NCBI GenBank assembly: GCA_965215125.1
Contig: OZ244052.1
Coordinates: 2,156,707 to 2,220,706, forward strand
DNA length: 64,000 bases
From: an uncultured candidatus Porisulfidus sp.
GTDB lineage: Bacteria > Pseudomonadota > Gammaproteobacteria > Poriferisulfidales > Oxydemutatoraceae
Reading direction: 5' to 3'
The notes under the pieces are model-generated. The model saw nothing but the letters and a program-made list of their open reading frames with translations, was not told where the DNA came from and ran no database searches. Numbering within the stretch: position 1 is the first letter of the stretch; every line of letters begins with the position of its first letter. A program made the translations under genes and the position numbers. Below, piece by piece: positions 32,949 to 39,965 of the stretch.

Positions 32949-33901
32949 TTATGCCTGAACTTTATCCATGGCAACACGATACATGGCAGAATTGGCAACA
33001 TTATTTAACCCAATCAAAAATACCACATGCGTTGCTACTACACGGGCGTCGTGGCTGCGGCGTGCATGATTTTGCTTTAAGATTATGCTGTAGCTTATTG
33101 TGTAACAGTGATAATAATTCCAAACTATGCCTAGAATGTGGAGGTTGTCGCCTTTTCTTGACAGGCAATCACCCTGATTATCTGATGATAGAAGCTGAAC
33201 AAGATCAAATCAAAATAGAACAAGTGCGTTATGCTATAAATTTTTTACAACTTAGCCGGCATTATCCGAACCATAAGATCGTATTGATTAAAGAGGTTGA
33301 TAAGCTAAATTATGCGGCAGCAAATAGTCTACTTAAAACATTGGAAGAACCTCCTGTAGAATCGATTATTTTAATGACCTGCAGACAGCCTTCGACATTA
33401 ACTCCTACAATACGCAGCCGCTGTCATCGCATCCATATAAAAGAACCGGGTACGGAAGCTATCGCTTGGCTTGCCTTCGAAATGTCTATATCCGAGGAAG
33501 CTGCAAAGCAAAAATTGATGCTTTCTAACAATAGTCCGTTAATAGCCTTAGAGGAAGCATCCGATAAACCGAATAAGCTATTATTTTATCGGGAATTAGA
33601 GCAATGGATGGCTAAGCAGATTACTACTCATGATTTTGTCGATCGTTGGTGCGATAAGCGTGCCGATGAAATTCAACAATGGCTGTTGGAACATTTGCAA
33701 CATACGATAATAAAGCAAGTTAAAGAAATGGCTTTTAATCAAATCAATTCGACATCAACCGAAGCTAATCCGAAAAATCTGCTCTATTGGTTGTATCAAC
33801 GACAAATCGAACGATGCCGCTTTGCCAAACAGAATATCAATCCGCGCCTATTATTGGAAGGGGGTTTGCTGGAATGGCGGAAGGCTACCTACAATCGTTA
33901 A
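32945..33901 (+). CDS. holB: DNA polymerase III delta' subunit
   Basis: YPWQ, HALLL, zinc Cys cluster, HPD, AANSLLKTLEEPP, TIRSRC. Confidence 0.94.
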   Translation: MIMPELYPWQHDTWQNWQHYLTQSKIPHALLLHGRRGCGVHDFALRLCCSLLCNSDNNSKLCLECGGCRLFLTGNHPDYLMIEAEQDQIKIEQVRYAINFLQLSRHYPNHKIVLIKEVDKLNYAAANSLLKTLEEPPVESIILMTCRQPSTLTPTIRSRCHRIHIKEPGTEAIAWLAFEMSISEEAAKQKLMLSNNSPLIALEEASDKPNKLLFYRELEQWMAKQITTHDFVDRWCDKRADEIQQWLLEHLQHTIIKQVKEMAFNQINSTSTEANPKNLLYWLYQRQIERCRFAKQNINPRLLLEGGLLEWRKATYNR

Positions 33902-35055
33902 CCGTTTTCGTGTAGTAGTTCAAGTGCCGTATCCAATTCCTCGGCTTTATTGTAAAAATGCGGAGACAGGCGTATGCCACCGCCGCGATAAGCGCAAAAT
34001 ACTTTATTTTTCGTGAGGTGCTTAAACAATGCTTTGGTGTCTCGTCTCAGTGACTTAAATGTAAAGATACCACCGCGTCGCGCTTTATCATCGGGTGTAA
34101 GCGGTTCAAATCGGCTTCGGTCTAGATGTTCTGCCAAATAATTAACATTCAAAGCAATTTGTCTATATATTTCGGCAATACCGATTTCCATCAACAAAGC
34201 TAAGCTGGCATGCAATGCATAAATACCTATATGATTCAAGCTACCACATTCAAAACGGCTTGCATTTGCTTTGGGTTGCCACTTTAATATATCGGATTCG
34301 TTGTATAGTACGTCGTAATTATTACAATCATCTATCATATTCCAACCGTATTGGTTTAATTTCAACTTAGGTATATGCAAGTTTCTGCAGTAGAGTAGGG
34401 CGATGCCCTCGGGAGCTAATAACCATTTATGGGCATCGGCAGCTAAAAAATCAATACAGCTATTTTGCACATCTACTGCAGCTGCACCTAAACTTTGTAT
34501 CGCATCGACACAAAACAGAATATCGGCAGTGCGGCAGTATTGCCCTAAATAATTCAAGTCCATACGATAGCCTGTTGCGTATTGTATGGAACTGACGGCG
34601 ATCAGACGAGTATGTTCGTTGCTTGCGTCAATCAACGCTTGCTCGGGAGTTTCTGCTGCATATAAGTCAACGACCCGTACTTCTATAGCATGGGTATTTT
34701 TCAAAGACTCCCAAACTATCCTATTAGAAGGAAATTCTTGCTTGCCGACTATGATATTATCCTTGGCTTGCCAATCTATACCGTAAGCGATAAGCGATAA
34801 AGCCTCCGAAGTATTTTTGAGCAGGGCAATCTCGTCTTTGTTTTCGGCATTGATTAAGTTTGCGAGCATAGCGCGCAGAGTGGCGGCGTGTTTGAACCAA
34901 TCCGCCGAGCGTATCGCACCGTATCGTGCGTTCTCTTCGGCAAAATGATATATTGCACGAACGGTACGCATCGGCCATCGACCTACGCCGGCATGATTTA
35001 GATGAATTATATCGGTATGTGGAAATTCATCTGTAATTGCTTTTATAATATCCAC
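33898..35055 (-). CDS. Class V PLP-dependent aminotransferase/cysteine desulfurase-like enzyme
   Basis: LNHAGVG, VDAIQSLG, DAHKWLL (PLP lysine), RLSPHFYN. Confidence 0.85.
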   Translation of the reverse strand: MDIIKAITDEFPHTDIIHLNHAGVGRWPMRTVRAIYHFAEENARYGAIRSADWFKHAATLRAMLANLINAENKDEIALLKNTSEALSLIAYGIDWQAKDNIIVGKQEFPSNRIVWESLKNTHAIEVRVVDLYAAETPEQALIDASNEHTRLIAVSSIQYATGYRMDLNYLGQYCRTADILFCVDAIQSLGAAAVDVQNSCIDFLAADAHKWLLAPEGIALLYCRNLHIPKLKLNQYGWNMIDDCNNYDVLYNESDILKWQPKANASRFECGSLNHIGIYALHASLALLMEIGIAEIYRQIALNVNYLAEHLDRSRFEPLTPDDKARRGGIFTFKSLRRDTKALFKHLTKNKVFCAYRGGGIRLSPHFYNKAEELDTALELLHENG

Positions 35056-35056
35056 T

Positions 35057-36016
35057 ATGGTTTACTTATTAAAAATTATCTTAGCCTTTAGCAGTTTTCT
35101 CGGCATCGCCGCCGCCGAGAACTTTAATTATGACCAAGAGCATATTATAGTGGGTTCGTTGCGTACTGTCACCGCACAAGTCGATGATACTTTTGTTGCT
35201 TTGGGGCAGCAATACTCGCTCGGCTACGACGAAATGAGAGTTGCCAACCCCGCTTTAGATGCTTGGGTACCGGAGGAGGGTAGCACAATCATTTTGCCCG
35301 GTCGCTTCATATTGCCGCAACCGGATTATAGGGGTATTTATATCAATCTGGCAGAAATGCGTATGTATTACTATATCGATGAAAATTCGGTATATACCTA
35401 TCCGATTAGCATAGGACGAGGCGACTGGTTGACCCCTCGTGCAGATGCCAAAGTTATCGATAAACTGATAAACCCGACATGGTATCCACCGGAGAGCGTG
35501 AGAGAGGAGCATGCCTTAGAAGGTGATATACTGCCGGCATCGGTGCCACCCGGTGACGATAACCCGTTGGGAAAATATGCGCTACAACTGGATTTGCCGA
35601 GCTATTTCATACACGGCACAAACCGTCCCGAGGGTATCGGTATGCGAGTGACGCATGGATGTATACGAATGCGACCCGAAGACATTGAAGTACTATTCAA
35701 TAAAACGCCGCGTGAGACTTCGGTGACGATTAAGTACGAACCTTTTAAGGTTGCGATTGATAATGGCATAGCATATCTGGAAGCTCATGACGGTGAAGAT
35801 CCACAAGTACTGGCAGATTACTTAGGTGAGGCAATTATAACTATGAGTAAATTATCGAAAGGTAAATCTGTAAGCATAGATTGGGAAAAATTTATACGCG
35901 TAGCCAAAGAATCACTGGGTATACCTACAGCCGTGAATCTAGGAGATTATCCTTTAGATTTTGTTAGGGTAGAGAGGGTGCCTAAATACGAGAAAAAGAA
36001 AGATTATGTTTTCTGA
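35057..36016 (+). CDS. L,D-transpeptidase (ErfK/YbiS/YcfS family, LysM-like domain plus YkuD)
   Basis: Signal peptide, ANPALDAW, INLAEMRMYYY, IHGTN...VTHGCIRM. Confidence 0.92.
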   Translation: MVYLLKIILAFSSFLGIAAAENFNYDQEHIIVGSLRTVTAQVDDTFVALGQQYSLGYDEMRVANPALDAWVPEEGSTIILPGRFILPQPDYRGIYINLAEMRMYYYIDENSVYTYPISIGRGDWLTPRADAKVIDKLINPTWYPPESVREEHALEGDILPASVPPGDDNPLGKYALQLDLPSYFIHGTNRPEGIGMRVTHGCIRMRPEDIEVLFNKTPRETSVTIKYEPFKVAIDNGIAYLEAHDGEDPQVLADYLGEAIITMSKLSKGKSVSIDWEKFIRVAKESLGIPTAVNLGDYPLDFVRVERVPKYEKKKDYVF

Positions 36017-36021
36017 TAACT

Positions 36022-36052
36022 AAGAAAAAGGGGCTTAAATAAGCCCCTTCTC
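36022..36052 (-). terminator. Intrinsic terminator (possibly bidirectional) between the L,D-transpeptidase and the lipoprotein gene
   Basis: AAGGGGCTT-AAAT-AAGCCCCTT stem, with a T-run on the minus strand. Confidence 0.7.
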
Positions 36053-36082
36053 CTGTTTTGCCTATATATGAAATCTATATAG

Positions 36083-36349
36083 TTATTTCATCATGTTTTT
36101 CCGATGCATCATATGTTGACGTGAGTCGGGCATTTTCGTCATATCCATCATAGATGCTCTGACCATTGCGTCCTGTGCCATTTGTTTGGCACGATCTGCA
36201 GCCGCTGCATTAGAATTGACTTGGAATTGAATCTCACTAAGTTGAGCACTCATTTCTTCCATCATCATCATTTGGTCTTGCGACATACCACCGCAACCTG
36301 CTAAGGACACTGTCGCTGTAGCAAGCATTGCAATTAAATATTTTTTCAT
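36083..36349 (-). CDS. Lpp/OprI-like alanine-zipper lipoprotein, Met-rich
   Basis: Lipobox LAGC, Ala-zipper AAAADRAKQMAQDA, C-terminal Lys, strong SD AAGGAG, convergent with an L,D-transpeptidase. Confidence 0.8.
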   Translation of the reverse strand: MKKYLIAMLATATVSLAGCGGMSQDQMMMMEEMSAQLSEIQFQVNSNAAAADRAKQMAQDAMVRASMMDMTKMPDSRQHMMHRKNMMK

Positions 36350-36466
36350 TTTTAACTCCTTTAATAAATTAATGTATCTTAGATCTAAGATTTATCGCCT
36401 TAGAGGAAGGCAATAAAGAACTATTTATAACATGACTTTTATGAAAATGTCAAATCATTTTCTATA

Positions 36467-36813
36467 ATGCAATCTCAACTATTTTTTGAATTACAAGCTT
36501 CTACCAAACCAAGAAGGCAAAAGCAGTTTCACTGGGTTGTGGTAAAGAATTGTCGCAAACATATGCCACAATGAAAGATTCAGATGTTTTTCTTATCGTG
36601 ACCGATCCATCTTATTTTATTGATGGAATGGGGGATGAATGGAATAATGATAGCCTTTGGGAATGAAATTTGATGTGACACAAAAGGCATTTTCAAACGA
36701 AAAGATCGATAAAGAAACTTGGAGGAAGAAAAACCCCGCAACTCAAACCACAATGTGAATTAATTGTGATGGCTCGCAAGGCAGAGCAACGGATTGAAAC
36801 GCTTACTGTATGA
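36467..36813 (+). pseudogene. Fragmented N4/N6 (DPPY-type) DNA methyltransferase
   Basis: Frameshifted pieces: ...KNCRKHMP / MKDSDVFLIVTDPSYFIDGMGDEW (36571-36642) / GMKFD..QKAFS / GGRKTPQLKPQCELIVMARK (36721-36780). Stops and large deletions. Confidence 0.6.
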
Positions 36814-36846
36814 CATTGCCAGCCCTTGAAAGTAGCAATTTGAGAT

Positions 36847-36874
36847 ACTTCGCATAATATATATTATGTTAAAT
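36847..36874 (+). other. dif: dif site (XerC/XerD chromosome dimer resolution)
   Basis: ACTTCGCATAA-TATATA-TTATGTTAAAT: 11-6-11 layout with an XerD arm identical to the E. coli consensus. Confidence 0.92.
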
Positions 36875-37030
36875 TATAAATGATTTAATAAGAGCTTTTA
36901 GCTAAGCCTCAGCTGATATAATTTTGTGAGGCTCTGCTTTACTCAACTATTGCTTTTTAAAGTAGATTTCAGGGTATGCTATTTCTCTTACTGATGGTAA
37001 AGCCAATATATGATAGTTAACAGGCTCCAA

Positions 37031-37294
37031 TCATAGGTATTTAATGACTCCGATAATCGCTAAACCAATACCGACCATCCACATGATCGTACGATTATTC
37101 AAGCGGTACATTTCCGCTAATAATTCACCTTTTAGCTCGGCGATAGTTTTATCTACCTTCGCCATCTCTGCTTTTAAGTCTGCCTTCGTAACTATTTCCT
37201 TTGAATTCGCAACATCAGCAACCGCCTCTTTTGCTTCGGCATCGGATACCTCCGGTATTTTTCTTAATGTATCGTATAACGCTATCTCGGCCAT
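37031..37294 (-). CDS. Small DUF1640/CCDC90-like coiled-coil protein with C-terminal membrane anchor (copy C)
   Basis: VTKADL neck motif, heptad stalk, terminal TM helix; paralog of 37479-37739. Confidence 0.75.
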   Translation of the reverse strand: MAEIALYDTLRKIPEVSDAEAKEAVADVANSKEIVTKADLKAEMAKVDKTIAELKGELLAEMYRLNNRTIMWMVGIGLAIIGVIKYL

Positions 37295-37340
37295 CTCTAT
37301 TTACTCCCTATCAACTCGTCTTAATGTTTATCGGCAACCT

Positions 37341-37450
37341 CTATAGATATTCGATTATCCCCACAGCGATGCCTACCACTATTACTATCAGCCGTGGTTT
37401 CAAAAGCAATAGTATACATCAACTTCTTACCTAACAAACTTTCAATTGAC
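37341..37450 (-). pseudogene. Deleted middle copy (B): promoter fused to the last 17 codons (RLIVIVVGIAVGIIEYL*)
   Basis: 37341-37393 matches 37479-37531 at 48/53 nt; 37395-37450 matches the upstream region 37757-37813. Confidence 0.75.
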
Positions 37451-37478
37451 TTATTTTTACCCTTAATCTTAGCACTAC

Positions 37479-37739
37479 TTATAAGTATTTGATTATCCCC
37501 ACAGCGATGCCTACCACTATCACTATCAGCCATCGCAAATACTTTAACTCGGCTCGTATCTCTCGTATATCGCCTTTTAGTTCTGCTATCGTTTTATCTA
37601 CCTTTGCTATCTCTGATTTTAAGTCAGCCTTCGTAGCCATTTCTCTTGAACTCGCAACATCGGCAACCACTTTCTCTATTTCATCATCAGTAGTGTCAGG
37701 TATCCGTCGCAATAAATTATACAAAGCAATTTCGGTCAT
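37479..37739 (-). CDS. Small DUF1640/CCDC90-like coiled-coil protein with C-terminal membrane anchor (copy A)
   Basis: MATKADL motif, coiled coil, terminal TM LIVIVVGIAVGIIKYL. Confidence 0.75.
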   Translation of the reverse strand: MTEIALYNLLRRIPDTTDDEIEKVVADVASSREMATKADLKSEIAKVDKTIAELKGDIREIRAELKYLRWLIVIVVGIAVGIIKYL

Positions 37740-37756
37740 CTCTATTGTCCCATTAG

Positions 37757-37813
37757 TGATTTCAAAAGCAATATTATACCCTAGTCCTCCTAGCTAACAA
37801 ACTTTGAAATCAA
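37757..37813 (-). promoter_or_regulatory. Putative promoter of copy A
   Basis: Minus strand TTGTTA-16 nt-TATAAT, duplicated in front of copy B as TTGTTA-15 nt-TATACT. Confidence 0.5.
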
Positions 37814-37879
37814 CAAATCCATTGCACCGCCCCGCTATTTGCTATAATTGACCCATGATACATATAACTGCAGGATGTC

Positions 37880-38686
37880 ATGGTTCTGTTCTTTAGTCTA
37901 GCTTCTATTGCTCTATATTTGATAGCAGCGTTCATGTTGTTGCGTAGCGTACGCTCGGGACTAGGCGTTGCGGCAAAGTCTTCATTAGCACTTTGGCTAC
38001 TGGCAATGTTATGCCACGCGGGTGCTTTGATGCCCGAAGTTATTACTGCGGACGGTATAGACCTATCCTTGTTCAATGCAATTTCGCTATCGGCATTACT
38101 GATTTCATTGATTTTATTCATTGTCTGCACACGACAAGCACTCTCGGCGATGGGAATGATCATCTTGCCGATAACGGCTGTTTGCGTAGCTCTAGCGCCT
38201 ATAGAAACCGCCGACAAACTGGTGAGCAGTGCAATCTCGGCGGGCATACAGCTACATATCGTAGCGTCGCTACTAGCTTATAGTCTGCTGATCATGGCAA
38301 GCATACAAGCCTTAGCGATCTATAGGCAAACTACCTACTTAAAGCTAAAAGATCAATCTACATATCGGCTAATATCCACACTACCGACACTCGATGCAAT
38401 GGAGTCTTTTCTATTTGCCTTAATCAAGTTAGGTATTTTATTATTGACAATCGGTTTAGTGAGCGGTTGGCTTTATCACGAAGATCTTTTTGCACAGCAT
38501 TTGATGCACAAGACCGTATTATCGGTAATGGCTTGGTTGGTTTTCGGTATCGTTTTGGTCGGCAAGCAATTATATGGGTGGCGCACGAGTATTGCGGTTG
38601 GTTTAGTCCTCATTGCCACCGGGCTACTGATACTAGGCTACTTAGGCAGTAAATTCGTCTTAGAAGTCATACTCGACAGAATATAA
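37880..38686 (+). CDS. ypjD: CcsA-like inner membrane protein (YpjD family)
   Basis: About 8 TM segments, HIVASLLAY, LPTLDAME, HKTVLS, YLGSKFVLE. Confidence 0.88.
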   Translation: MVLFFSLASIALYLIAAFMLLRSVRSGLGVAAKSSLALWLLAMLCHAGALMPEVITADGIDLSLFNAISLSALLISLILFIVCTRQALSAMGMIILPITAVCVALAPIETADKLVSSAISAGIQLHIVASLLAYSLLIMASIQALAIYRQTTYLKLKDQSTYRLISTLPTLDAMESFLFALIKLGILLLTIGLVSGWLYHEDLFAQHLMHKTVLSVMAWLVFGIVLVGKQLYGWRTSIAVGLVLIATGLLILGYLGSKFVLEVILDRI

Positions 38687-38693
38687 AAGCGCA

Positions 38694-39965
38694 ATGCTGG
38701 AAGACATCCCGCTCTATATACCGATTTTAATCGTTATATTTCTATTTTTCTTATCCGCTTTCTTTTCCGGCTCGGAGACGGCATTGATGGCGGCGAACCG
38801 TTATCGTCTGGTTCACCGAGCTAAAGCCGGACAAAAAGATGCAAAAAGAGTACTGAAACTCTTAAAGAAACCGGATCAACTCATTGCTTTGATTCTATTG
38901 GGAAATAACTTAATCAATATCCTGATTGCCCAAATCTTTGCATATATAGGCTATCGTATCTACGACGAAATAGGCATAGCTATTGCGACATTCGTGTTGA
39001 CTTTCTTATTATTGATATTTGCCGAGATGACACCCAAAACCATCGCGGTAATCTATCCGGATAGATTGGCTGCTATCGCCGGGCGAATCTACGTAGTATT
39101 ACGCATCGTGCTCTACCCTTTTGTCAGATTTAGTAATTTGATTACCAATAGTTTACTCAGGTTATTGGGAGTCCGAAGAAATGCAAACACCGTGGAAGCT
39201 CTCAACCGTGAGGAACTGCGCACTGCGGTGACCACCGCCGGGAAACTCATTCCTGCAGAATATCGCAATATGCTACTCGGCATATTAGATCTGGATAAGA
39301 AAACGGTTGCCGATATCATGGTGCCGCGTTCCGAAATCTATGCGATCAATCTTGCCGATCCGATCGAACAAATAGAAAAAAATATAAGCAGTGCGATTTA
39401 TACGCGTATACCGCTATGCGACAAAACGATTGATAATATCGTCGGTATCTTGCATTTGCGATATCTGTTATCCGCAAACATCAAAGAATTTAACATCGAC
39501 GCACTGAAAGAAATGGCACGCTCGCCCTACTACATTGCCGAGCATACCTCACTGACCGAGACTTTGATAAATTTTAAGAAGAACAAGCGACGAGTCGCAT
39601 TAGTGACAAACGAATTCGGTGAAGTCCAAGGGTTGGCAACCATGGATGATTTACTCGAAGAGATAATCGGCGAATTCACCAATGACCCTAAAACTTACGA
39701 CACGATGATTACACAACAAAAGGACGGTAGCGTTATCGTCGACGGTGGCTGCTACATACGAGAATTGAATAAAAAGATGGGATGGGAGCTTAGCGAAGAT
39801 GGTCCTAAAACCATTAATGGTTTAGTCCTAGAGCATTTAGAATTAATCCCCAAATCTGCAATCTGTATATTAATCGAAGGACACCCCTTTGAAGTCGTCA
39901 AAACATATAAAAATGCAATTAAAATAGTTAAAATACTACCACGCATACAAAAACAGACACAATGA
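38694..39965 (+). CDS. yfjD: CNNM/DUF21-CBS-CorC membrane protein
   Basis: SAFFSGSETA, FAEMTPK, CBS pair, GPKTING; follows ypjD. Confidence 0.88.
   Translation: MLEDIPLYIPILIVIFLFFLSAFFSGSETALMAANRYRLVHRAKAGQKDAKRVLKLLKKPDQLIALILLGNNLINILIAQIFAYIGYRIYDEIGIAIATFVLTFLLLIFAEMTPKTIAVIYPDRLAAIAGRIYVVLRIVLYPFVRFSNLITNSLLRLLGVRRNANTVEALNREELRTAVTTAGKLIPAEYRNMLLGILDLDKKTVADIMVPRSEIYAINLADPIEQIEKNISSAIYTRIPLCDKTIDNIVGILHLRYLLSANIKEFNIDALKEMARSPYYIAEHTSLTETLINFKKNKRRVALVTNEFGEVQGLATMDDLLEEIIGEFTNDPKTYDTMITQQKDGSVIVDGGCYIRELNKKMGWELSEDGPKTINGLVLEHLELIPKSAICILIEGHPFEVVKTYKNAIKIVKILPRIQKQTQ

Noticed and set aside
37341-37531. DGR template/variable repeat pair, or a CRISPR repeat
   Set aside because: No reverse transcriptase or cas gene in the window; the differences are mixed transitions rather than adenine-specific; there are only two copies and the repeat is protein-coding.
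37321-37533. 70 aa ORF with an internal repeat (ADSDSGRHRCGDN twice)
   Set aside because: An off-frame reading of the duplicated anchor-coding segment.
37044-38247. Antisense ORFs over the DUF1640-like genes and ypjD
   Set aside because: Shadow frames. The annotated strands carry the RBS, family motifs and paralog conservation.
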